A program made the translations under genes and the position numbers. From a virus (Duplodnaviria; Heunggongvirae; Uroviricota; Caudoviricetes), in IMG/VR virus record IMGVR_UViG_640753024_000009: 48,932 nt of DNA; one strand, given 5' to 3'. This document shows, piece by piece, positions 30,612 through 40,446 of the stretch (positions are counted from its first letter, which is position 1; each line of letters starts with the position of its first letter). A model generated the notes under the pieces. The model saw only the letters and a list, made by a program, of their open reading frames with translations, searched no databases and had not been told where the DNA came from.

Positions 30612-31991
30612 TCAGTCATAAGGTTTGTTTTTGGCTTTTGACATCATGAGAAGGAAATATGAAGGGTGGCTCTTTATTTCTGAAGAATGGCTTGTAATAT
30701 TAAAGACATCTTTTAGAATCGTAAAAGCTCCTGTAGCCAACGACACTGGATTTGGTGCACCAATAAAACCTATCAATGAAGGCACACTGTTAAGAAAAAG
30801 TTCTTTTTTACTCTTCCGCTTATAGGCTTGTATTTTTTGCTCAATATCTGTCAATCCTTCATCCCACACCCGCTCGACAAAATGTTGATTTATTAGTTGT
30901 CTCTTATATGGATCACTTTCTGCTTCTATATCATACGCAGCTTCACGTAGTACAGAGCGGAAAGAATTAAAACTCGGCTCGTAGTCAGTTCTAATTTTGT
31001 AGAGTTCACTTGGAGTCAGTCCCTCTAAGAATGGAACGTCTATAGAGAGTTTAACCCTCTGAACTTCATTCTTTTGATCAAGTTTACGAAGAATCTCTCC
31101 ATGAAACGGGCAATATGCCCCCAGGGATGCTCTACATGAATGCGCTTGGTTAAGGTCAGTAATAAGGTTTTTATAATGAAAGAGAACCGTACGGTTTTTT
31201 GCTCCCTGCACCCACCGTTCATAACTTTTTTTTCCGCTATGATTTCCCATGACAAGCTCCATAGATATGGAGCCATCATCATTATCAATGGCATTTTTTA
31301 TATGTTGATACATATATCCATTTGTATATAAACTTTCACAGTCTTTAATTTCCAACATAATTTCATTAGATAAAACATTTTTGTTTAATAACCGAATTTT
31401 ATTTGTATTACCTAGACGTTCTATATTCTTTACGGATAGTCTATTTTCATAAAGACGGGCAATGTTAGGAGGGAGATATCGATATATAAAATTAGCATCA
31501 GAGTTATCGTCTAAAATTCCATTGGCCCTCTCCGAATCTTTAATAGAAGATTCGCTGCGTACAAAAACGATAAACTCACCACGGATAAGATCAAAGTTTT
31601 CTTTAGCAAACCTGATAAATCTAGCAATTTCCTTCCTGAGATGTTCAACCTTCTCTTTTCTATCGCTTACAATAATTTTTTCAAATGCATTTTCTGTTAG
31701 ACTCACTCTGTATCGTAGGCTCAATGAATACAGAACATCATCAAGAATGACTCTGTCCATTGAAAACAGTCCACTCTTATACCTTTCAATATTACGATTT
31801 CCCGCCATGTAAACATTTAGCCGAGACTCCTGTACAGAATTTGCTTGCTCGATAATCAGTGAATCTATTCTTTTATTATATTCATCTAACTCAATTAGCA
31901 ATTCATTCAATCCAATATTTTCATATTCCTGATCTAAAAGTCGATCAACCCAGAAAAGGCTTTCTGTGAGGGCATAGAGGTTGTTGTACAT
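30612..31991 (-). CDS. Hypothetical protein (459 aa), AT-rich
   Basis: AGGA 7 nt upstream of ATG at 31991; convergent with the membrane protein gene; flanked by repeat copies 2 and 3; no recognised domain. Confidence 0.6.
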   Translation of the reverse strand: MYNNLYALTESLFWVDRLLDQEYENIGLNELLIELDEYNKRIDSLIIEQANSVQESRLNVYMAGNRNIERYKSGLFSMDRVILDDVLYSLSLRYRVSLTENAFEKIIVSDRKEKVEHLRKEIARFIRFAKENFDLIRGEFIVFVRSESSIKDSERANGILDDNSDANFIYRYLPPNIARLYENRLSVKNIERLGNTNKIRLLNKNVLSNEIMLEIKDCESLYTNGYMYQHIKNAIDNDDGSISMELVMGNHSGKKSYERWVQGAKNRTVLFHYKNLITDLNQAHSCRASLGAYCPFHGEILRKLDQKNEVQRVKLSIDVPFLEGLTPSELYKIRTDYEPSFNSFRSVLREAAYDIEAESDPYKRQLINQHFVERVWDEGLTDIEQKIQAYKRKSKKELFLNSVPSLIGFIGAPNPVSLATGAFTILKDVFNITSHSSEIKSHPSYFLLMMSKAKNKPYD

Positions 31992-32150
31992 ATCAGTTCC
32001 TTTTTACCAGGCTTCAGTCAGAGTACACTATCATTTTACATTTAAATGTACTTCCAAGCATCATGCTGTTAGTGCCGGATTATAACACTTGGCACCCGTA
32101 TGTTTGGATAACAAACTGCGTATAATCCTTGTGAGTTGTGATGTCTGTTT

Positions 32151-32250
32151 CTCGCTCACAGCGGGTCTTCAGTTGTTCGTCCACTCTGTGCCAGGAGCGG
32201 ACATTGATTATTCCTCACTGTAAAAATCTTAATGCTAACTAGTGGGAACT
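32151..32250 (+). repeat. Structured island repeat, copy 3
   Basis: CTCGCTCACAGCG (32151-32163); hairpin GTCCACTC...GAGCGGAC (32179-32202); GCTAACT and GTGGGAAC (32242-32249). Confidence 0.65.
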
Positions 32251-32271
32251 ATAAGTTGTCAATTGACATGA

Positions 32272-33123
<852 letters not shown>

Positions 33124-33203
33124 CCAATATATGGCAGTAATGAATATTTCGGGGATCGTGTTTGCTGCGGTCATGGTTACCATTATTAGTGTGCTGAACT
33201 GAA

Positions 33204-34439
33204 ATGACTAAGCGAAATAAAACCCCAAAATTTAACTTGGACAAAGCTCGCAAAAAAGAGATTCGCGCAGCCTTAACCAGCGTGGGTATGACCCCTCAAC
33301 ATGATGGCTGGGCGGATTTGTTTATGTACGCTTATACAGATGGCAGCAATTTAAACGGTTTGCAATTGGCCAAAGCCTTATCAGTGCATCCAACACTGAT
33401 AAATGGTTTATCGCGCGGCATCAAATTAAAACCAGAGAAAGCGCTCTCCAAAAAACGACCATCAAAACCTACGCTGGCCGATAAACGCCGCGAGGCCAAA
33501 CAGAAGGTCAATATGGGCTGGGAAGCGCTGATTCGCACTATGCCTATGCAAAAGCCAGGCGCACGCAAAAACCCTGAAACAGAAGCCCTTTGGGAGAATG
33601 CCCGTCGCCGTGGCACGTCCCAGGCCAGCACGCCAGCATTTACGCCGACAATCATCCCGCGCAAGGTTTCCGCTCAAATCAACACCGAATTACCAGGCCT
33701 GCAATCAACGCAGATGGAAACACCGAAACGGTATGATTCTGTGAGCATGACATCAAAAGTTACGACAAAGCTGGATAATCGCGTCCTACAGGATTTTCTG
33801 GCAAAACACATTCCAGCCAGCCAGCGTCGTGATGTTGAGCTTTATATCCACAAACACCAGCATGAAGCCACCACGACCATTGAACTGGTGCAGCGGTACC
33901 TGGATGATCAGGAAGAAAAGCAAATCATCCGAGAAGCCGAGAAGCTGGCCGACGTTGTTCCGGAACTGGTAGCCGATGATCGAATCATCATGTCGCAGGA
34001 AGTAGTGGTCGTCGTGGAGGAAGAGAAACCCGCGCCCGCGCTTGGCCAACCTGTCAAACTCCACAGTACCCGAACCGCGCAGCGCATCGTTGAGCAGCGC
34101 GACACGACGGCGCATATGCAGTTTGTTGAATGGGTATGGAATAATTTTGCTGGCCGTTGCGCGGTGACTGGCTGGCAGAACGGCGAACGATTGCAAGCGG
34201 CGCACATTGAGCCAGCTACCTCAGGCAATTTTAGCGCTGATAATGGCCTGTTGTTGACTCCAACGATACACGACTTACTAGACGCAGAGCTGATGGCCGT
34301 CAACCCTGAAACAATGACCGTACATTTTGCCCCAGGTATTGAGCTCGGCGCGATGTTTGAAGGCAAAGTGATTGAGCCTAAATTATGGCCGCTGAACATG
34401 GCCGCGTTGGTTAAACGCTGGAAAGAACGGAAATTCTGA
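33204..34439 (+). CDS. HNH nuclease domain protein (411 aa)
   Basis: C-terminal CAVTGWQNGERLQAAHIEPATSGNFSADNGLLLTPTIHDLLD fits an HNH motif; basic N-terminal 300 aa unassigned; 80 bp downstream of the GIY-YIG gene on the same strand. Confidence 0.6.
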   Translation: MTKRNKTPKFNLDKARKKEIRAALTSVGMTPQHDGWADLFMYAYTDGSNLNGLQLAKALSVHPTLINGLSRGIKLKPEKALSKKRPSKPTLADKRREAKQKVNMGWEALIRTMPMQKPGARKNPETEALWENARRRGTSQASTPAFTPTIIPRKVSAQINTELPGLQSTQMETPKRYDSVSMTSKVTTKLDNRVLQDFLAKHIPASQRRDVELYIHKHQHEATTTIELVQRYLDDQEEKQIIREAEKLADVVPELVADDRIIMSQEVVVVVEEEKPAPALGQPVKLHSTRTAQRIVEQRDTTAHMQFVEWVWNNFAGRCAVTGWQNGERLQAAHIEPATSGNFSADNGLLLTPTIHDLLDAELMAVNPETMTVHFAPGIELGAMFEGKVIEPKLWPLNMAALVKRWKERKF

Positions 34440-34570
34440 TTAAATATTTTAATCACCATCGTGCTGGCTGCCATCGCCTATATGGCGTTGCCTCATCACT
34501 CGAATCCGAATGCATAATCTTATCCGAGTGGGGAAAGTGCACCACCAAAACATCGAAACAGGAATAGAAA

Positions 34571-35131
34571 ATGAACGGAATATCAAAAATCATCTTAGCA
34601 CTGACCGCTGGATTTACGCTGTCCGGATGTGTAAGCCATACCCAAAAAAATTCACAACCAGATCCGGCTGCAATCGAGGCGGCAAAACTTGCGCAGTACA
34701 CCGATTCACAGCTTTGCCAGGCAGAAGATAATATAGAGCCATTGCTCAACCTTAATCCATCATCTCATCCTGAATTTAATGAAAATTATCGCCGCGCCCA
34801 GGCTATTAAAAAGGTGATCGCCTCTCGTAATTTAAGCTGCTACCGCCTGAAAATGGAGAGGGCAGAACAGGCCACACCAGCACGCCCGTTAAGCCCACGA
34901 CAAAAACAAGCGAGGGCATCCGCTGTTTGCCAGGCTTACGCCCAGCGTACCCGATTTGCGGATCCGACAGTCACATTTCAGATGTGCGGGAAAGGATTCC
35001 AGTCTACTTCGGCAAAATGTAAGGAAGATTTGGCGAGTTTTGAACGTGAGTCTCAGAAACTTAGAGGTACGGCCAGAGCGGAATATGTTGAAATTAGCAG
35101 TGCATTTCGGGCAGGCTGTACTTTAAAATAA
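34571..35131 (+). CDS. Lipoprotein (186 aa)
   Basis: Signal peptide with lipobox LTAGFTLSGC; AGGA upstream of ATG. Confidence 0.6.
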   Translation: MNGISKIILALTAGFTLSGCVSHTQKNSQPDPAAIEAAKLAQYTDSQLCQAEDNIEPLLNLNPSSHPEFNENYRRAQAIKKVIASRNLSCYRLKMERAEQATPARPLSPRQKQARASAVCQAYAQRTRFADPTVTFQMCGKGFQSTSAKCKEDLASFERESQKLRGTARAEYVEISSAFRAGCTLK

Positions 35132-35583
35132 AAAATGAAGTAATATTAATAACGCAATTGAATTTAAAAAAATCAATGCCTACTCGGTGCCATATACAGC
35201 CATTGTTATTAACAGCAGGGAATAATTCCACACTGAAATTAAATGTCTACCTTTTACAGTAGAAATAGTTCCTCCAGGACACTATCCATTGCCGGGCACA
35301 ATCACTCGGGGTATAACGATATAAAATATGTTCATGATAGTGCAGGTTCGTATATTAAGTTCAGCAGCGAAAACATGCCCTGCAGGTTTCCGGTTTTGGG
35401 AGCGTCGTTACAGGATCCTGTGCATACCGTTCCCATCTGTTGAATTAAAGGTTTCACAGCCTTTGCCGATATCACCTTTTACCTTGCCTGTGATGCGTTC
35501 AGTGCTCAGCGTTGTTTACTGTAGCTCTCGGAACTGATTACAGACCGCGTCTTAAAAACCAATCCTTACTCTAAAGGGAATTC

Positions 35584-36507
35584 ATGAGATTAAAATACTC
35601 AGTACTCTTACTCGCCATTGCCCTTACAGGCTGTGATAACAAAAAAGATGAGATCGGTTGTTCTTCGGAAATGACCCAATCAGCTCTCATGGATTTATTA
35701 AAAAAATCTGCTTATGAAGGACTCTCTGAACAGGTCGATAAATACCCTGATGTCACTAATCAGACCAAACGAAGCACACTGGACAAGATCAAACTAGCCG
35801 TCTCTGAAATCTCCACAACATCAAGTGACACGGGCAGCACAATGAAAACTTGTGAAGGGACCGTGACGATGACTCTACCTGCGAACGAGTACGTCCAGCT
35901 TTCTGATGCTTACAGAAAGAATTTTAATCGTAATCTCGATAAGCAAATGGAAAATCTGTTTTTGGAGAACAACGCAAACGCCTTTTCAAAACGTATCACC
36001 TACACCGTGCAGGCGACCGACGATCAGAAAAACGTTTTTGTAAAAACCTCTTCTGATAATCCGATATCAGTGGGCGCCGCTTTACTGACATCGCTTTCCA
36101 TTATCAACCCGATCGTTGAGCAGCAGAAAATCCAGCAGGCTAAGGATGCCCAACAGAGTCAAATTGAAGCGGAACAACAGGTGCAACTCAGGGCACAGGA
36201 ACAGGCCAGGTATGAGGCGGAGAAGCAAAAAGAGAGGCAGGCACAACTTCAGCCGCAAAAATCTGAAAGCCTTGATCAGTCCCGAATGGCATTTGCAAAT
36301 GCTGACTCTGATTTGAATACCGTCTGGAGCAAGTTAACCCCGGCGAAGAAAAAAGAGTTGCTGCCTTCTCAGCGCCAGTGGATCAAAACTAAGGATGCTA
36401 TGTGCGGTAAAGTTTCAATGCAGGGAACAGATGCTGAAGTCAAGAAAATGGTCGACTGCCAGACGCAAATGACCCTTTCAAGAATCGCTTTCCTCAGAAA
36501 CCAATAA
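35584..36507 (+). CDS. Lipoprotein with C-terminal LprI-like (DUF1311) domain
   Basis: Lipobox LLAIALTGC; Gln/Glu-rich coiled region; C-terminal LNTVWSKL...QRQWIKTKDAMCG...QTQMTLSRIAFL resembles DUF1311. Confidence 0.6.
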   Translation: MRLKYSVLLLAIALTGCDNKKDEIGCSSEMTQSALMDLLKKSAYEGLSEQVDKYPDVTNQTKRSTLDKIKLAVSEISTTSSDTGSTMKTCEGTVTMTLPANEYVQLSDAYRKNFNRNLDKQMENLFLENNANAFSKRITYTVQATDDQKNVFVKTSSDNPISVGAALLTSLSIINPIVEQQKIQQAKDAQQSQIEAEQQVQLRAQEQARYEAEKQKERQAQLQPQKSESLDQSRMAFANADSDLNTVWSKLTPAKKKELLPSQRQWIKTKDAMCGKVSMQGTDAEVKKMVDCQTQMTLSRIAFLRNQ

Positions 36508-36521
36508 CTGAAGTTTCCTTC

Positions 36522-36555
36522 AAGCTGGCGCCTGGTGTTAACCTGGTGCCAGCTT
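36522..36555. terminator. Long hairpin between convergent genes, possible terminator
   Basis: AAGCTGGCGCC...GGTGCCAGCTT stem of about 10 bp just after the stop at 36507; no clear U-tract. Confidence 0.3.
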
Positions 36556-36684
36556 AGTCATCAAGTACATACGTTACAGTTTTACATGGGCGGTACTTTG
36601 ACAGAGTATTCGGCCTCGTGCTGGTTGTGACTAAATACCTTTTTAAGCGCAAATAGAGTATAACCGCGCCAAACATTCAACCTG

Positions 36685-37479
36685 TCAAAATGCTGAATCA
36701 GCAACAGATACAGCCGACTTTTCCCCCATTAGCATCAATTTATCCAGCGTCATACTTCGCAGGTTGTCGCTGTGGATCACCAGATACCCTGCCCGCTCAG
36801 CGATCTCTTTGAAAGCGTCAAAAGTCATCAGATGTTCGCCTTTGGCAACATGGCGCATCCTGGTCACTTTTCCATTTTTGATAGTGGTGATAAAAGAAAA
36901 ATCTGGAATGGTTGGCTGCTTTTCATCGAGCAGCAGGCAGTGGATGTATTCAATCGCTTCTAACATTTGCGCCTGTGACAGTTGTTCTATGTGAGAGACG
37001 GCGAAGCGTTGATGAATCATGGTATAAGCATCGGGATACATCATGCCTTTCTTGCCGACCAGCATATTAACGGCATCACGTAAGGGGGTGCGGTCATCGG
37101 TGGTTGTACTCCGCCTCTCTGGACGCTGGCTAAAATAGCAATCTTCAAGCTTTTCGAAAACTTCCCAGGCCTGTTCTGTTTCCAGCATTTTGGCATGGCG
37201 AGCTGCGCCGCATTCTGTCCAGAGGATGAGAGAGCGGACATTTCTGGCGATTTTCACAGGAGGTCTTAAAGACATGCTGTGCTTAAATTCGCGCAACTCC
37301 TCACCTTCGAGCAAAAAGTAATGCTTCCCGACCACGAATCGCTCTGAGTTCCGGTTATGGTTTTTACGAATGTAATCCGGCTCTGTGCCATAGAGGTTCG
37401 CGAGTAATTCGGTGGTGAGGACGGGAAGTTGGTTGTGGATAATCGGGGAGATGGCTGCTGCGGATACTTGAGTTGTCAT
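36685..37479 (-). CDS. Antirepressor-like protein with N-terminal ORF6N/KilA-N-type DNA-binding domain
   Basis: LTTELLANLYGTEPDYIRKNHNRNSERFVVGKHYFLLEGEELREFK resembles the ORF6N domain of phage antirepressors; AGGA upstream of ATG at 37479. Confidence 0.55.
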   Translation of the reverse strand: MTTQVSAAAISPIIHNQLPVLTTELLANLYGTEPDYIRKNHNRNSERFVVGKHYFLLEGEELREFKHSMSLRPPVKIARNVRSLILWTECGAARHAKMLETEQAWEVFEKLEDCYFSQRPERRSTTTDDRTPLRDAVNMLVGKKGMMYPDAYTMIHQRFAVSHIEQLSQAQMLEAIEYIHCLLLDEKQPTIPDFSFITTIKNGKVTRMRHVAKGEHLMTFDAFKEIAERAGYLVIHSDNLRSMTLDKLMLMGEKSAVSVADSAF

Positions 37480-37636
37480 AGCGATTTCCTTTTAGTCGGA
37501 TAATCACCCCCCTCAGGTGCAAATCTTTGGGTGGTGAGACATGCAGGGTTTGCACTACCGGCTAAAAGGACCCGGCGAGCCTTTCGACTCCCCTACACGC
37601 CCCACCATAAATCGCGGATGTGGCTGTGCGCACGAC

Positions 37637-37659
37637 AATAAAAAAGACGCTGGCGCGTC
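37637..37659 (-). terminator. Intrinsic terminator ending the rightward early (replication/nin) transcript
   Basis: Palindrome GACGCTGGCGCGTC followed on the minus strand by TTTTTTATTG. Confidence 0.5.
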
Positions 37660-37751
37660 GTTGTCGCCTTTTAGATATCCGGGGTGCAAATCCCGGCAAC
37701 CGATTTTGCGGCTGCGCGGAAACTATAGCCCCGGGCTTTTTCTAAGTCAAT

Positions 37752-37973
37752 TCAATCAACTTCAAACCTCCGGTGTTCACATTCCATACACTCAACGGGA
37801 ACATCATCGCGATGCAAGTCCACATATCCGACCCGCTTATACAACTCAATAATGTCCGGTAACGTGACCAGATGTTTTTCCGGTTCCAACACCTCAGCCT
37901 TGGTTACTTTGTAATCTGAAATATAGAGCACTATCCGCCCGTTCCGTGGTAACTCCAGTTTATCGCCAAACAT
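37752..37973 (-). CDS. Hypothetical nin-region protein (73 aa)
   Basis: ORF on backbone strand in the small-gene cluster downstream of the replication genes. Confidence 0.35.
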   Translation of the reverse strand: MFGDKLELPRNGRIVLYISDYKVTKAEVLEPEKHLVTLPDIIELYKRVGYVDLHRDDVPVECMECEHRRFEVD

Positions 37974-38160
37974 GTCCTTTCCCTCCGGGAAACCAATGAT
38001 ATTGACGATATTACACCCACAACGATTCGTTTTACGTCACTCCGCAATCACCATACATACGTACCAATCCGTACATTCCCACCACAAAAATGGCATTCGG
38101 CGGGCACTGGTAATGGATTTTTAACGCGTGCTATTGCCTTGCGACGTATTTTCAATTCAC

Positions 38161-38385
38161 TCATACAGCCTCCCTGCTCTCAAACGGGCGAATATTTGTT
38201 GGTTCTCCACACGGAATGGCCCAACCCAGCCAGGTGAATATTTTCAGGTCACACATCGCGTCATACTGCTCACCGGGGATAATGTCGATCATGCTGCATA
38301 CAATTTCGTATTGATCATTAACGGCACTCAACGCCACTTTGTCGTTAATAAATCGTGGAATAAATGCGAGTAAAATTTCGTTCAT
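38161..38385 (-). CDS. Hypothetical nin-region protein (74 aa)
   Basis: 4-nt overlap with upstream gene; backbone strand. Confidence 0.35.
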   Translation of the reverse strand: MNEILLAFIPRFINDKVALSAVNDQYEIVCSMIDIIPGEQYDAMCDLKIFTWLGWAIPCGEPTNIRPFESREAV

Positions 38386-38615
38386 TTTTCTCGTTCCCCT
38401 CTCCAGTAATTCAGTCGGTCCCTGAAAAACTCCCGGTAATTATCAGGAGTATTTTTCAACGCCTCTGTAACCGTGCCGCGTGGTATTCGTTTTTCGTATA
38501 ACTGGCGAATCAGCCCGGCGGCGCGCAAATCGTAATGTTCCAGTATTTGATACTCCTGCGGCCATGCTGCCCTGTTGTGTGGCAACCCAGCCGGGAGATA
38601 ATCTGCGCCAGTCAT
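38382..38615 (-). CDS. Hypothetical nin-region protein (77 aa)
   Basis: Start overlaps stop of upstream gene; backbone strand. Confidence 0.4.
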   Translation of the reverse strand: MTGADYLPAGLPHNRAAWPQEYQILEHYDLRAAGLIRQLYEKRIPRGTVTEALKNTPDNYREFFRDRLNYWRGEREK

Positions 38616-39016
38616 TATTTTTTGCCCTTCTTCCTGATGGGCTTCACGGTGTCGAGTAACAACCGGGTGCTGCCTGATGCGCCTAAGCGGTAACCTGTTT
38701 TTTTATCGTAGTTCTCCCTTACACCCGCAGACCACGCAGTCGCTGTTTCGCGGAGTTTTACTGTGCGCTCGCCAGTATTTTTAATAACAACGCCGGTATG
38801 TGTTTTGGCGGTCCCTGAGGTTATTTCTGCCGGGCGAATAACTGCTACGTGCTCAGGTTTTGCAATTACCACAACGTCAGTGTTTTTAGGTGGCGGGCAA
38901 TATGTCGAGCGGGTACGTGCTCGCGCGGCTGCGTTCATGTGCCACAGAATTGAATCCAGGTAGTTTTTACCGTCGTCACTATAGTGTGCACTCGTGTGGT
39001 TAATTAATTGGGTCAT
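38615..39016 (-). CDS. Hypothetical protein (133 aa) following the helicase gene
   Basis: GAGGAAAG SD in the duplicated junction motif upstream of ATG at 39016. Confidence 0.45.
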   Translation of the reverse strand: MTQLINHTSAHYSDDGKNYLDSILWHMNAAARARTRSTYCPPPKNTDVVVIAKPEHVAVIRPAEITSGTAKTHTGVVIKNTGERTVKLRETATAWSAGVRENYDKKTGYRLGASGSTRLLLDTVKPIRKKGKK

Positions 39017-39054
39017 TGGTCTTTCCTCGGTTATTTCACGCTGGTCAGGCGTGG

Positions 39055-40446
39055 TTAAAATGGGTCCGTATTAAAGTTTTTGTTTGAACACCGTTTTTCA
39101 CGTTTTCTCGGTTGCTCTGCCTCCTTCTGGATGCGTATTTTTTCGCGCGCTACGTGTTGATCAACTGGCAGGAAATGCCCATTCCTGAATTCCTGATAAA
39201 TAATTTCACCTGCCCCGCCAGAACGGTTTTTACCAATAATCACCTCAGCGATACCCTTTGCAGGTGAATCAGGTGTGTAAACGTCATCGCGATACAAAAA
39301 CAAAATGCTGTCAGCATCCTGCTCAACACTGCCGGAATCGCGCAGGTCCGACATCACCGGGCGACGCTGGCCAGCAGGTCGAGAATCCACCTGGCGGGAA
39401 AGCTGGCTAAGAGCAAAAACAGGGGTATGCAGACGCATGGCCATAGTCTTCATGTTGCGGGAGATATGCCCCACAGCGAGATCGTGGCGCTCGGCCTTCG
39501 GTTTTTTGATCAGGCCCATGTAATCAACACCAATCAGCTTCAGGTGCGGATAACGGCGTTTATGAGTCTCTGCAATGGCGCGGATCTGCTCAATCGTCAA
39601 ATCAGTGGCATCAACAATCCAGATATCGCGATCCTGCATGATTGCAAGCGCGGCGGTTAATCGAGACCAGTCCTCATCGTCCATTTCTTTTGGATTACGC
39701 AGACGCGATGAGGACATATTCCCAGCCCCGGCAACGGTACGTTCAACAATCTGCTGAGCGCCCATTTCCATGCTGAAAAACAGTGCGCCGCCACCATCTG
39801 CGGTAACGCCATCGATAATCTTCAGGGTAAATTCCGTTTTCCCCATGCCTGGACGACCGGCAACCACAACAAGGTCGGTCATGTTGATACCGCCCAGGGC
39901 GACATCCAGATCCTCGACTCCGGTTTTCAGCATCATTTCCTGCGCGTCACCAGACATCCGTTTATCAACGGTGTCAATGTAGAGCGGTAACAGCTCTTTG
40001 ATGTGTACCGGCTGGACTGTGCCGGTAGCGGCGCTCATATCCAGCACCTGAGCAACATGAGATTCAATAACCTCATCACGCTGACTCTGGTTTACAGCGT
40101 TACGGATACCATCCGCGCCAGATTGCAACAATGCCGCCATTTTGCGGCTCCGCCATGCCCGCACCATTTTCCCGGCATAGCCTTTCAGATTCGGTACCGT
40201 TGCCGGGATCCGGGATATTTGAGACAGATCCGCAAGGCTGGAACCGCCCAGCGCTTCGCTGATAAACAACATGTCGATCATGCCGTTCGCCAGTGCCTGC
40301 TTTTTGATTTCGCTGAAAGCGCGACGGTGAAACACGATGCTGAAGGCTTCCTCCGGAGTAGTGGCAATCACATCAAACGCGTCAGGCGTCGCGCCACCGT
40401 TAATCAGACCAGCGAGAACGATCGCTTCCAGTTCTTCTGGATTCAT
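39055..40446 (-). CDS. Replicative DNA helicase, DnaB-like
   Basis: 463 aa; Walker A GRPGMGKT, Walker B region LIGVDYMGL; RecA-like C-terminal domain; follows the O-like gene. Confidence 0.85.
   Translation of the reverse strand: MNPEELEAIVLAGLINGGATPDAFDVIATTPEEAFSIVFHRRAFSEIKKQALANGMIDMLFISEALGGSSLADLSQISRIPATVPNLKGYAGKMVRAWRSRKMAALLQSGADGIRNAVNQSQRDEVIESHVAQVLDMSAATGTVQPVHIKELLPLYIDTVDKRMSGDAQEMMLKTGVEDLDVALGGINMTDLVVVAGRPGMGKTEFTLKIIDGVTADGGGALFFSMEMGAQQIVERTVAGAGNMSSSRLRNPKEMDDEDWSRLTAALAIMQDRDIWIVDATDLTIEQIRAIAETHKRRYPHLKLIGVDYMGLIKKPKAERHDLAVGHISRNMKTMAMRLHTPVFALSQLSRQVDSRPAGQRRPVMSDLRDSGSVEQDADSILFLYRDDVYTPDSPAKGIAEVIIGKNRSGGAGEIIYQEFRNGHFLPVDQHVAREKIRIQKEAEQPRKREKRCSNKNFNTDPF

Noticed and set aside
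29234-32250. Interpreting the three structured repeats as nut-like antitermination sites, integron attC sites, or REP/ERIC elements
   Set aside because: They are on the strand opposite the phage early transcripts and far from the cro side; no integron integrase or RYYYAAC/GTTRRRY core pair; no match to the REP/ERIC sequences I can recall. Kept as an unassigned repeat family.
33332-34474. Minus-strand ORFs (110, 139, 188 aa) antisense to the HNH-domain gene
   Set aside because: Contained within the + strand 411-aa ORF that has a recognisable HNH motif and an upstream partner gene; antisense frames lack SDs.
37637-37659. Possible host REP (palindromic unit) element
   Set aside because: Only the central GACGCTGGCGCGTC palindrome resembles a REP core; the flanking REP arms are absent, and the hairpin plus T-run fits an intrinsic terminator better.
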